NCBI GenBank assembly: GCA_030674455.1
Contig: JAUSGQ010000007.1
Location: forward strand, 19,947-83,946
Source of the DNA: a bacterium
GTDB taxonomy: Bacteria; Patescibacteriota; Minisyncoccia; Phycocordibacterales; UBA2100
Length of the DNA: 64,000 nt
Direction of reading: 5' to 3'
How positions within the stretch are numbered: position 1 is the first letter of the stretch; every line of letters starts with the position of its first letter. Below the pieces are notes generated by a model, which was not told the DNA's origin, did no database searches, and saw only the letters and a list, made by a program, of their open reading frames with translations. Shown here one piece after another: positions 49,460-58,562 of this stretch. Made by a program: the position numbers and the translations under genes.

Positions 49460-50341
49460 ATGCAAACATATGCACGTGGTGCGTCATCAGTAGCTCACGG
49501 TTATGGTGCGCAAAATATTGGGAGTGTATTGATTACAAAAGCAGACGGCGAGCAAGAAATGTTCGTCCCTACCAAGCTGGATAACTCTCTAGCACGCGTA
49601 GGCGTTGGGCCAGACATGCGCAAGCGTGTCATTGACCATGTCATACGCGAACTGAAACCCGGCATGACTACTGAAGAAATTTATCGGCACGCTTTCGATA
49701 TCCTGCGTAGGGAAGAAAGCGCGCCCATGGCGGCGCGCTATTCGATAAAGCGGGCGGTTTTCGCCCTTGGTCCTTCGGGATTTCCTTTTGAGCAATTCCT
49801 GGCGGAGATACTGCGCGCGCACGGATGGACATGCCGCACTGGAGCAGCACTCAATGGTCACTGTGCTCCACACGAAGTAGATGTGTTAGCAGAAAAGAGC
49901 GGAAGAAAAATCGGAATCGAAGCAAAGTTCCACAATGATGCCGGGGGAAAGACCGATATTAAAGACGCACTTTATGTGCATGCCCGCTATGAGGATTTGA
50001 AGAAAACGACGGAGGAATCTTCCCACGTTGATGAGGGGTGGCTCGTCACTAATACTACTTTTACACACAACGCAATCCGCTATGCGCAATGCTCCGGCCT
50101 GACGCTCCTCGGATGGGATTATCCGAACGGCCGCGGACTCCTGCCTATGATAGAAGAAGCAAAAGTCCATCCTTTGACCTGCCTCACGACTCTTACAGAG
50201 GGTGAAAAACGGCAATTGCTCGACAACAAAATTGTTCTGTGCAAGAGCGTGCAATCGCGGCACCTGCTGGATGAATACGGCATCCGGCCAGGACGAATAC
50301 CTCAAGTAATGGAGGAAGCCCAGCGCCTATGCGGGATATGA
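49460..50341 (+). CDS. ATP-cone plus Mrr-like PD-(D/E)XK nuclease domain protein
   Basis: ITKADG.Q.MF...KL (ATP cone); GFPFE, HEVDVLA, IEAKFH. Confidence 0.8.
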   Translation: MQTYARGASSVAHGYGAQNIGSVLITKADGEQEMFVPTKLDNSLARVGVGPDMRKRVIDHVIRELKPGMTTEEIYRHAFDILRREESAPMAARYSIKRAVFALGPSGFPFEQFLAEILRAHGWTCRTGAALNGHCAPHEVDVLAEKSGRKIGIEAKFHNDAGGKTDIKDALYVHARYEDLKKTTEESSHVDEGWLVTNTTFTHNAIRYAQCSGLTLLGWDYPNGRGLLPMIEEAKVHPLTCLTTLTEGEKRQLLDNKIVLCKSVQSRHLLDEYGIRPGRIPQVMEEAQRLCGI

Positions 50342-50449
50342 GTACAGTATACAGTATTCCGTATTCCGTATTCTGTATTCTGTATTTTTTATACAGTATA
50401 CTAGATACTGAATACAGTATACACGTTTAAGGGTGCTATACTTTGAATT

Positions 50450-50953
50450 ATGGAATCAGTAGCGCAATTCACAGACACTACGATAGTGATGTTTGCAAAA
50501 CTGGTTCTTGCTGTTGTGTTGGGGGGAATCATCGGCACGGAGCGCGCCGTCATGGCGCGGCAGGCGGCCGGCACTCGCACGTTCGGCCTTGTCGCCCTCG
50601 GAGCATGTCTCTTTGTCCTCACCGCGAATTACGTTGATTTGGCTCATCTCGGTATCGTTAATTTCGACCCGATGCGGGTAGCCGCGGCAATCATTACGGG
50701 CGTTGGTTTCTTGGGAGGCGGACTCATTATTTTCAGAGGCGAGACTCAACACGGCATCACTACAGCGGCCGGTTTGTGGATCTCTTCCGCCGTCGGAATT
50801 GCCGTCGCTTTTGGACTATACGCGATAGCGATATTCTCCACCGTTCTCGTTCTTTTGATTTTTACAGGTATGTGGTACATGGAAAACCGCTTCAAGCACT
50901 GGTTCGAAGACCACAAACCGGAAATAGAAAGAAAAGCTGATAACGGTTTGTAG
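50450..50953 (+). CDS. MgtC/SapB family protein
   Basis: IGTER..AGTRTF, DPMRVAA.IITGVGFLGGG, GITTAAGLW. Confidence 0.92.
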   Translation: MESVAQFTDTTIVMFAKLVLAVVLGGIIGTERAVMARQAAGTRTFGLVALGACLFVLTANYVDLAHLGIVNFDPMRVAAAIITGVGFLGGGLIIFRGETQHGITTAAGLWISSAVGIAVAFGLYAIAIFSTVLVLLIFTGMWYMENRFKHWFEDHKPEIERKADNGL

Positions 50954-51040
50954 AAAATACTCGAGGTGACTCCTTGCATTGGGCGAGGTGTCTCCTCGGG
51001 TATTTTCCCAGCTATGCCAGTCCTCTGCTATACTGCCTCA

Positions 51041-51844
51041 ATGTCCACCTACTACAAACCCGATAGAAACCCCGGTTGGAATTACGGCGGAGAGCGATTC
51101 CGTCTTTCGCGTTCTAAAATTGCGCTTTTCCTCGACTGCCCGCGATGCTTCTATGTCGACAACAAGCTCGGCACCGCCCGTCCACCCGGATATCCGTTTA
51201 ATCTTAACAGCGCGGTGGATGCGCTTTTAAAGAAAGAATTCGACACACATAGAAACGGGAAGACAACGCATCCCCTCATGAAAGCTTACGGATTAGATGC
51301 CGTACCGTTCGCCGACGAGCGCATGGATGAATGGCGCGATTCACTGCGGCGAGGCATACAGTTTAAGCACAAAACAGGTCTTTTGGTCACAGGAGGTGTC
51401 GACGATGTGTGGGTAAGGCCCAACGGAGAACTAATAATTGTAGATTACAAAGCCACGAGTAAGGATGCAAAAATAACCGAGCTTGACCAGGAATGGCAGG
51501 ATGGTTACAGACGACAGATGGAAATTTACCAATGGCTGTTCCGGCAGAACGGTTTCAAAGTTTCTGATACAGGGTACTTTGTTTACGCAAACGCAGGCAG
51601 AGACAAAGAAGCATTCGACGGCGTGCTCAATTTTGAAGTTACTCTCGTTCCATACAAAGGCGACGACTCGTGGGTTGAGGGTAAGCTCGTAGAACTGAAA
51701 AAATGTCTTGATAGCGACGAACTTCCCGAGGCATCCGCGGAGTGCGATTATTGCAGGTACCGCGAAGCTGTCGGAAAAAAGATGCTGGCATTCACAAAGA
51801 AGCCGCAAAAGAAAACAGCGGGTGACGGGACTCTAGGAATATGA
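51041..51844 (+). CDS. PD-(D/E)XK nuclease (Cas4/AddB-like 4-Cys fold)
   Basis: LSRSKI..CPRCFY, GGVDD, IVDYK, Q..IY, CDYC. Confidence 0.85.
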   Translation: MSTYYKPDRNPGWNYGGERFRLSRSKIALFLDCPRCFYVDNKLGTARPPGYPFNLNSAVDALLKKEFDTHRNGKTTHPLMKAYGLDAVPFADERMDEWRDSLRRGIQFKHKTGLLVTGGVDDVWVRPNGELIIVDYKATSKDAKITELDQEWQDGYRRQMEIYQWLFRQNGFKVSDTGYFVYANAGRDKEAFDGVLNFEVTLVPYKGDDSWVEGKLVELKKCLDSDELPEASAECDYCRYREAVGKKMLAFTKKPQKKTAGDGTLGI

Positions 51845-51847
51845 AAA

Positions 51848-51972
51848 CACAAATCCTAAATCCTAAGCTCTAAACAAATCTTTAGCACCAAAACCCGAAA
51901 CGAAACATTTTTGAATTTGAAAATTGTGATTTTGATTTTGTTTAGGATTTAGATATTAGAGTTTAGGATTTC
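51848..51972. repeat. Heptamer-periodic foldback (AAATCCT/AGGATTT)
   Basis: aaatcct aaatcct aagctct..tttagga tttagat attagag tttagga. Confidence 0.75.
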
Positions 51973-51977
51973 TTCCA

Positions 51978-52712
51978 ATGATTATGACCGAGAAGCAGGA
52001 ACAGGAATCGGACGTTAAGATGGAAGAATCATGGAAAAACGCGTTAAAGGATGAATTCGGGCAGGACTACTTCAAGCAACTGCGGGAATTCGTCAAAGGC
52101 GAGTACAAGCATGCCATCGTGTACCCGCCGCCAAAGAATATCTTTCGCGCGTTTGAGCTTTGCCCCTTTGATAAAGTCGAGGTTGTGCTACTCGGACAAG
52201 ACCCATATCACGGCCCGAAACAGGCAAATGGACTCTGTTTCGCAGTGAGCGAAGGGCTTGCTCTACCGCCCTCTCTTCAGAATATCTTTAAGGAATTGGC
52301 CGCAGATATGGGATTGTCCCACGATGCCTTGCTTGCCCGTCGAAGCCTTGGCGAAGTCGGGGCGAAGAAGGGTGGAACTCTTGAGGATTGGGCCAAGCAA
52401 GGTGTTCTACTACTCAATGCAACATTGACCGTGGCAGCGCGCGCGCCCGGTTCGCATCAAGGAAAGGGGTGGGAAGAATTTACCGATGCGGTTATACGCA
52501 AACTTTCTAACGAGCGCGAGAATCTAGTCTTTATTCTTTGGGGCAACTACGCAAAAGCCAAAGGCGCGCACATCGACCGCACCAAGCACCTCGTCATTGA
52601 ATCCGCGCACCCTTCGCCTTTTTCCGCCGACCGCTTCTTCGGCTCTAAACCTTTCAGCAAAACGAACGAATATCTGAAAGCCCACGACAAAAAGCCGATT
52701 GATTGGTTGTAA
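51978..52712 (+). CDS. ung: Uracil-DNA glycosylase, family 1
   Basis: GQDPYH, PPSL.NIFKE, GVLLLN, HPSPFS. Confidence 0.97.
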   Translation: MIMTEKQEQESDVKMEESWKNALKDEFGQDYFKQLREFVKGEYKHAIVYPPPKNIFRAFELCPFDKVEVVLLGQDPYHGPKQANGLCFAVSEGLALPPSLQNIFKELAADMGLSHDALLARRSLGEVGAKKGGTLEDWAKQGVLLLNATLTVAARAPGSHQGKGWEEFTDAVIRKLSNERENLVFILWGNYAKAKGAHIDRTKHLVIESAHPSPFSADRFFGSKPFSKTNEYLKAHDKKPIDWL

Positions 52713-52713
52713 T

Positions 52714-53464
52714 CTTCTACCAAGGTCTTACCTTGGTAGAAGTTCGTTATCATCTTGCCGAGCATATATTTTTGCCTCCTCGATAAGTTGGTCAATCGTT
52801 TGCGAAGCATCGAGTATTTCCAACACCGGCTCTTTGTTTATGATAGAGGACTCCGGACGCGTTCCTGAGTAGTCGAGAAAACTGGAGTACTGATACTCCG
52901 ATAAAAATTTCCGCAAATTCTTTTCGTTCTGTATCGAACATTGTTTCCATTTCGGCTCTATTAGCTCTGCAGGGTTTGCATGAATATAACTAACTACTCT
53001 ATTTAGATTCTGATCCGACTCTATTCGTTTCGCCTTAAAGGTGCCTTGAAACAATGCTCCGTTACGTTCGTATTTGATATTGAAGTACATCGTGTAGCCC
53101 GTTCCGAGCTGTCGCATAAAGGATGTGATGCCTCCATAATTATGTTCACGTAAAAACAGGTGATGATGGTTTGGCATCAGGCAGTACGCGCCAATGTCCA
53201 CGAGTTTTTCTTTTCTCTCAACTGCCGCCACGAGTTCTACCAAGGTCTTACCTTGGTTGATGTTGCTGATATGTATTGGTTCGCGACTGTTACATGCATA
53301 TAGAAGCATCACAAATCGCTCGTAGTCTTCTGGATTTGTGAAAACGACCCGCTTATCAACGCCGCGATTGTAGCAGTGATACCATTCGTTCGGTGCGAAG
53401 GAAATTGTTCGCTGTCCCATATCGATAATAATAACATGTTCTACCAAGGTAAGACCTTGGTAGA
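52714..53464 (-). mobile_element. RAYT locus bracketed by inverted REP-like hairpins
   Basis: ctaccaaggt-ctt-accttggtag at 52717 and its reverse complement at 53441; third copy at 53235. Confidence 0.85.
52728..53420 (-). CDS. REP-associated tyrosine (HUH/Y1, IS200-like) transposase
   Basis: YHCYNRG, AYCLMPNHHHL (HUH), G.LFQG.F, YIHANP, YSS. Confidence 0.92.
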   Translation of the reverse strand: MGQRTISFAPNEWYHCYNRGVDKRVVFTNPEDYERFVMLLYACNSREPIHISNINQGKTLVELVAAVERKEKLVDIGAYCLMPNHHHLFLREHNYGGITSFMRQLGTGYTMYFNIKYERNGALFQGTFKAKRIESDQNLNRVVSYIHANPAELIEPKWKQCSIQNEKNLRKFLSEYQYSSFLDYSGTRPESSIINKEPVLEILDASQTIDQLIEEAKIYARQDDNELLPR

Positions 53465-53475
53465 GACTTCCAGTG

Positions 53476-53526
53476 GATAAGAGTTTCTTCGGCTCAAAAC
53501 CCTTAGGCAAGACGAATGAATACCTT
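53476..53526 (+). pseudogene. Detached diverged copy of the ung 3' region
   Basis: FFGSKPLGKTNEYL versus FFGSKPFSKTNEYL. Confidence 0.8.
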
Positions 53527-53742
53527 GTGGATCTTCCAAAGGTCTCTCCTCGAGAATTCAGTATTTTGAGGTGAGGCCTTGGGGATTTTTAAGGTTTAAC
53601 CTTGGTTGCATAACGAGTTTTCTCTCCCTTTACTGACTACGTACTACTAACTACTGACTGCCAAGCCAATTGACTCTCTCTCTCTGATTTGAGATAGTGT
53701 CGCCAGTCGACCTAATGCATTAGGTCTTATATGGAGGCAAAA

Positions 53743-53997
53743 ATGGCTGATGAGAAAACGCATCCGACATACGCGCAACTCGTTGCGAAAGTCGAGCGGT
53801 TGGAAAGGAATGAGAAACGGTTAGTAGAGTGGTCCAAAACACTTGGACCCATCTTCAAACAGCTTGAGGACGCACTGAATGACCTCGCCACGAACCACGG
53901 CAGGTCGCAGTCTCGCGCTCAAATACTGATGGAACCGTTCATCTCACTCGAAACCAAGCCGGATGGAAGCCCCATGCGGCCGATAGAAGGAGGGTGA
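53743..53997 (+). CDS. Orphan coiled-coil protein
   Basis: TTGACT-17-GATAGT promoter, GGAGG SD, hairpin 54015-54039 downstream. Confidence 0.6.
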   Translation: MADEKTHPTYAQLVAKVERLERNEKRLVEWSKTLGPIFKQLEDALNDLATNHGRSQSRAQILMEPFISLETKPDGSPMRPIEGG

Positions 53998-54048
53998 GAC
54001 TTGCTTTATCGTGGCGCCTTCCGAGCAATCGGAAGGCGCTGGACTTAT

Positions 54049-55320
54049 TTAGGCTCGCAAAAGAGAGAGGAACTTTTCTCTATCCAAATGCGGACCAATA
54101 ATTGCGAGGTTCAATCCTTCTGTCCGCAACAGGTCTTTAGCTACTCTGAAAACATCTGACGCTTTCACTTTGTCTATGCCCCTTGTGATGTCCTCCATCG
54201 TGCGGATTTTGCCGAGACTAATAAGAGATGTCGCGGCCTGCGCGGCCACGGCGTCGCTCGTTTCGAGCGCCATGGCAAGCGTTCCCTTGATGTGTGCTTT
54301 TGCCTTCTTAAGTTCTTCGTCCGATACCTTCACGTTCTTTATCTTGCGGAATTCCGCGAGAATAGTAGTGATGGCCTTTTCCAGCTTTCCATGCTCAACG
54401 CCGGCCTGAACCGCAAGGTAGCCGGTGTCTGGATATTTCTCAACCGATGCATGTACTGAATAGGCGAGGCCTCTCTTTTCGCGCACTTCCAAAAACAAAC
54501 GGCTCGACATGCCGCCGCCTAGTATAGTCGCTAGAACTTCCAAAACGTATTCATCCTTGTGCGCATAAGGATATGAAGGAACGCCGAGCATCAATTGAGT
54601 CTGGTCGGTTTTCTTTTCCTTAATTGCAACGCGAGGACTCACTTGCATTGACGCGAAAGGAACAAACCGCGGAGCGGGACTCTTCGCCACTTTCCCGAAT
54701 GAACGGTTTATAGCATCCAAAACTTTCTGTTCCGATATCGCGCCTGCAACGCACACCACAGTATTTTCCGGAGTGTAGTGATGCTTCAAATAATTTGCAA
54801 AATCCTTCCGCATGAACGTGCGGATGTTATCTTTCGGTCCCAAGATTGTTCGCCCCAACGGGTGGTCGCCGCCAAAAATGAGTTCATCAAACACGTTATC
54901 AATAATACGCATCGGCATGTCCTCATACATATCAATTTCTTGAATGATCGCACCGCGCTCCTTCGTAATTTCCTTGCCGGGCAATGTCGAGTTGAGGAAA
55001 ATGTCGCTGATTACATCAAGAGCCGTGTCCAAATACTTACTGCTCACTTTCGCGTAATATGCCGTCCTGTCCTTCGCGGTGAACGCGTTATAAACGCTTC
55101 CTATCGCATCCAATTCTTCGCTGATGAGCCGCGCGCTCGGGCGATTCTTCGTCCCTTTAAAAAACATGTGCTCAAGAAAGTGCGCCAGGCCGTTCTCTTC
55201 TTTTGTTTCGTAGCGCGAACCAGTACCCGCCATAACGACAACAGTCGCCGTTTTGGCATCGAGCATTGGCACGAGTACGACACGGAGTCCGTTATGCAGA
55301 GTGTGGATGTTGTACTTCAT
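54049..55320 (-). CDS. M16 (pitrilysin-like) peptidase
   Basis: GLAHFLEHMFFKGT (HxxEH), NAFT, SSRLF.EVREKRGLAY. Confidence 0.95.
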   Translation of the reverse strand: MKYNIHTLHNGLRVVLVPMLDAKTATVVVMAGTGSRYETKEENGLAHFLEHMFFKGTKNRPSARLISEELDAIGSVYNAFTAKDRTAYYAKVSSKYLDTALDVISDIFLNSTLPGKEITKERGAIIQEIDMYEDMPMRIIDNVFDELIFGGDHPLGRTILGPKDNIRTFMRKDFANYLKHHYTPENTVVCVAGAISEQKVLDAINRSFGKVAKSPAPRFVPFASMQVSPRVAIKEKKTDQTQLMLGVPSYPYAHKDEYVLEVLATILGGGMSSRLFLEVREKRGLAYSVHASVEKYPDTGYLAVQAGVEHGKLEKAITTILAEFRKIKNVKVSDEELKKAKAHIKGTLAMALETSDAVAAQAATSLISLGKIRTMEDITRGIDKVKASDVFRVAKDLLRTEGLNLAIIGPHLDREKFLSLLRA

Positions 55321-55557
55321 TCCGAGCAATACTATCGCCTTATCGCACCCAAAGCAATTTTGAATAATAAACTTCTTTTAATCATGACTAATAATCATGA
55401 CAAATAGAGCGAATATCGGCAGATAAAACACTCTGTACATACTTCATGCGACCGCATGATGTATGTACACATGGATTTCTACCAATATCAGAACCTGTAA
55501 CCCGAATCTCTGAGGGCACTTACATGACGAACGGATGGTGGGGTATAATCTTCACAC

Positions 55558-57534
55558 ATGGATATACACGAAATTCGGGCGAAATATCTGGAATTCTTCG
55601 AGAGGCGCGGGCATGCGCTTATTCCTTCGGCGCCTATAATTCCGGAAAATGACCCTACGACTCTCTTTACAGGAAGCGGAATGCAGCCCTTGATTCCGTA
55701 TCTTCTCGGCAAAAAGCACCCCGTGGGAGATCGGCTCGTGAATTCACAAACATGCTTTCGAGCGATGGATATCGACGAGGTAGGCGATAATCGCCACACA
55801 ACGTTTTTTGAGATGCTTGGAAATTGGTCCCTCGGAGATTACTTCAAGAGTGAACAGTTGCCGTGGCTTTTCGAATTTCTCACCGAAGAAATCGGGCTCG
55901 ACCCCAAGCGGCTTTATGTAACCGCTTTCATCGGAGACGAAAAAAACGGAATTCCTCGCGACACTGAATCAGTCGCGATTTGGAAATGGCTATTTGAAAA
56001 AAATGGGATTGATGCCAAAGAGGTCGCACTCGGCTCCGAGGCGGATGGATACAGAATCGGTATGCAAGTCGGCCCTAATCCTGCGGACGGGCAAGGACGC
56101 ATTTTTTATTACGACGCAAGCAAGAATTGGTGGAGCCGCGCCGGCACGCCGGAGGAAATGCCGGAGGGAGAGCCGGGAGGCCCCGATTCGGAAGTATTTT
56201 ACGATTTTCAGACTCCGCACGACAAGAAATTTGGCAACGAGTGCCATCCGAATTGCGAATGCGGACGTTTCCTGGAAATCGGCAACTCCGTTTTTATGCA
56301 ATACATAAAACAAGGCAATTCCTTCTCTCTATTGCCAAAACAAAACGTAGACTTCGGCGGCGGTCTCGAACGTATTGCGGCCGCTAAAAATAGTAATCCT
56401 GACGTATTCACCACAGATGTCTTTGAGAAACTAATTGAGCTTCTGGAATTTTATTCCGATGGAAAGTCGTATGACGACAGCCGATACACAGGAAGCTTCC
56501 GCATAATTGCAGACCACATGCGCGCGGCAACATTTATGATTGCCGACGGAGTTAAACCATCCAATACCGACCGCGGTTACATTTTGCGGCGGCTTATCCG
56601 CCGCGCCGCGCAACACGCGATATCGCTCGGCTGCGCTCAGGGGCAAGAGAAGGAGAACGAGCTGGTTCGATGCGCGACTCTGGTTATTGAAAAATATAAA
56701 GGGTGGTACACGAAGTTGGGTGGCGAGGAAATGTACGAAACCATCTCGCGAGAAATATGGCAGGAAGAAAAACAGTTTGCTCATGCCCTCGAGCAGGGGA
56801 CTCGCGAGTTTGAAAAGATGACTACAGGCACTATTTCCGGCGAGCAAGCGTTCATGCTTTTCACAACCTATGGCTTCCCACTCGAGATGACGCTCGAAAT
56901 GGCGCAGGAAAAAGGAAAATCTGTCGATGTAATGGCCTTTAAAGCGCTCATGGAAAAGCACAAAGACACTTCGCGCGCAGGTTCGGGGCAGAAATTCAAA
57001 GGAGGTCTTGCCGATACTTCAGTCGCAACAACCCGCCTGCATACAGCGCACCACCTTTTGTTGAAAGCTCTCCAAATAGTTCTGGGGCCGCAGGTGAAGC
57101 AGAGGGGAAGCAACATCACGAGCGAGCGCCTGCGAATAGATTTCTCTCACGGCGAGAAAATGAAGCCGGAGCAAATTGCGGAAGTTGTAAGAATCGTGAA
57201 TGAGAAAATCAAAGAGGCGTTACCTGTCATAAACTCGACGCTTCCAAAGAGAGAAGCGGAAAAACTCGGAGCACAGCAAGAGTTCGGCGCGAAATATCCC
57301 GACATGGTTTCCGTATATTCCGTGGGGCCAGAAGGAGCGACAAAAGATAACCCGCAATTTGAAAAAACATTTTCAATAGAATTCTGCGGCGGCCCTCACG
57401 TCGAGAATACCGGCGACCTAGCCGGTATTCGAGATCCTGACGGCAGTCGCCGGAAGGATGTATTCAAAATCCTGAAGGAAGAAGCGGTGGCATCAGGAAT
57501 AAGACGCATCAAGGCGGTATTGGTAAGGGATTGA
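55558..57534 (+). CDS. alaS: Alanine--tRNA ligase, short form without C-Ala
   Basis: TLFTGSGMQ, HTTFFEMLGNWS, GLER, HTAHH, FCGGPHV, GIRRI. Confidence 0.96.
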   Translation: MDIHEIRAKYLEFFERRGHALIPSAPIIPENDPTTLFTGSGMQPLIPYLLGKKHPVGDRLVNSQTCFRAMDIDEVGDNRHTTFFEMLGNWSLGDYFKSEQLPWLFEFLTEEIGLDPKRLYVTAFIGDEKNGIPRDTESVAIWKWLFEKNGIDAKEVALGSEADGYRIGMQVGPNPADGQGRIFYYDASKNWWSRAGTPEEMPEGEPGGPDSEVFYDFQTPHDKKFGNECHPNCECGRFLEIGNSVFMQYIKQGNSFSLLPKQNVDFGGGLERIAAAKNSNPDVFTTDVFEKLIELLEFYSDGKSYDDSRYTGSFRIIADHMRAATFMIADGVKPSNTDRGYILRRLIRRAAQHAISLGCAQGQEKENELVRCATLVIEKYKGWYTKLGGEEMYETISREIWQEEKQFAHALEQGTREFEKMTTGTISGEQAFMLFTTYGFPLEMTLEMAQEKGKSVDVMAFKALMEKHKDTSRAGSGQKFKGGLADTSVATTRLHTAHHLLLKALQIVLGPQVKQRGSNITSERLRIDFSHGEKMKPEQIAEVVRIVNEKIKEALPVINSTLPKREAEKLGAQQEFGAKYPDMVSVYSVGPEGATKDNPQFEKTFSIEFCGGPHVENTGDLAGIRDPDGSRRKDVFKILKEEAVASGIRRIKAVLVRD

Positions 57535-57615
57535 CATAGGACTTAATACGTGCTATCGTTTAGATACTCGGTGTTTGAGACCGGGCTCGTTTTTCAATTC
57601 TTCAAGGGGAAGCAA

Positions 57616-58395
57616 ATGAACAAACGCGATTCGATCTTTGCAACATTTGTCCTGCTCATCGCACTATTCGGATGTGCAGAACAGGAAAACATAAACCTCG
57701 TAGACGGCGTTGCACCAGTTTCCACAGCGTTTGTCGATATTGAGCCGACGCTTCGTGAAATGGCAGCAATGGCCCCGGCCGAGCGCGCTTCATACCTCGC
57801 CCGGGTCCGGCCGCGCCTTGCACTTGACGTGGTTCAGTACCTGCGTAATCAAAGGAAGATCACACGGGATCAGAAAGTGAACAATGTGACTTTCTTTTTC
57901 GGTTCGCTGAAAGAAGTGAGCGCAGAAAGTCATGGCGGTGGCAGACACCAAGGCTACTTCAATGACCAGCTCGTGGCCAGGGTCGAGGTGGCAGGAGCTG
58001 CGCCCATTGAGGTTATCGTTAAATGCCTCAACGGCCTTTTCATGACAATCAATCGCCTGAATTCACTGCAGACGGTCGGTAACTACCCGATTCTCGAACG
58101 CTTCAAAATCGGGCGTCACGAAGGGCTGGTGCACCATGTTAGTTACCAGCTCGCAATGGACATTGCCCAACGTTTTAACTTGCCATTGTATCGCGGTCGC
58201 GGCAAGGGGGAGATGCGCATCACCCCTGACCAAGCTCGTGTACTTGAAAGCGAGACAGACCGTGTTCGGGTCAGGGTTCATGTGGTCGAGGGCGATCGGT
58301 TCGACCTCGTCAACATGACGTTTACACCGTCACCGCTCCGAGGAGTGACCAGAGGTGCTGTTCTCGACTTGAAGACCGGCACGTTCAAGCGGTAG
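57616..58395 (+). CDS. Orphan predicted lipoprotein
   Basis: MNKR..LLIALFGC lipobox; AGGGG SD; structured terminator at 58444-58490. Confidence 0.6.
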   Translation: MNKRDSIFATFVLLIALFGCAEQENINLVDGVAPVSTAFVDIEPTLREMAAMAPAERASYLARVRPRLALDVVQYLRNQRKITRDQKVNNVTFFFGSLKEVSAESHGGGRHQGYFNDQLVARVEVAGAAPIEVIVKCLNGLFMTINRLNSLQTVGNYPILERFKIGRHEGLVHHVSYQLAMDIAQRFNLPLYRGRGKGEMRITPDQARVLESETDRVRVRVHVVEGDRFDLVNMTFTPSPLRGVTRGAVLDLKTGTFKR

Positions 58396-58562
58396 CCGGG
58401 TCGAGGAAGTAAAATACCCGTAGTTGCAGTTGCATCACGGAAGAAGGCGGCCAATGGTACGAACCGTACTGAATTGTGGTCGCCTTTTTTCTTACATAAT
58501 TTTTACACTACTTACTACTAACTACCGACTACTAACTATTTTCTGCGTTATAATGTTAGCTA

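Noticed and set aside
51041-51844. Cas4 of a CRISPR system
   Set aside because: Solo PD-(D/E)XK gene with no cas neighbours or array.
53421-53510. N-terminal extensions in the ORF track (RAYT; likewise yggS and the 50966 ORF)
   Set aside because: They are read-through of palindromic elements or of the ung duplicate; downstream ATGs match family starts.
688-53526. Duplicated gene ends as DGR template/variable repeats
   Set aside because: Differences are third-position synonymous rather than adenine-specific, and no reverse transcriptase is present.
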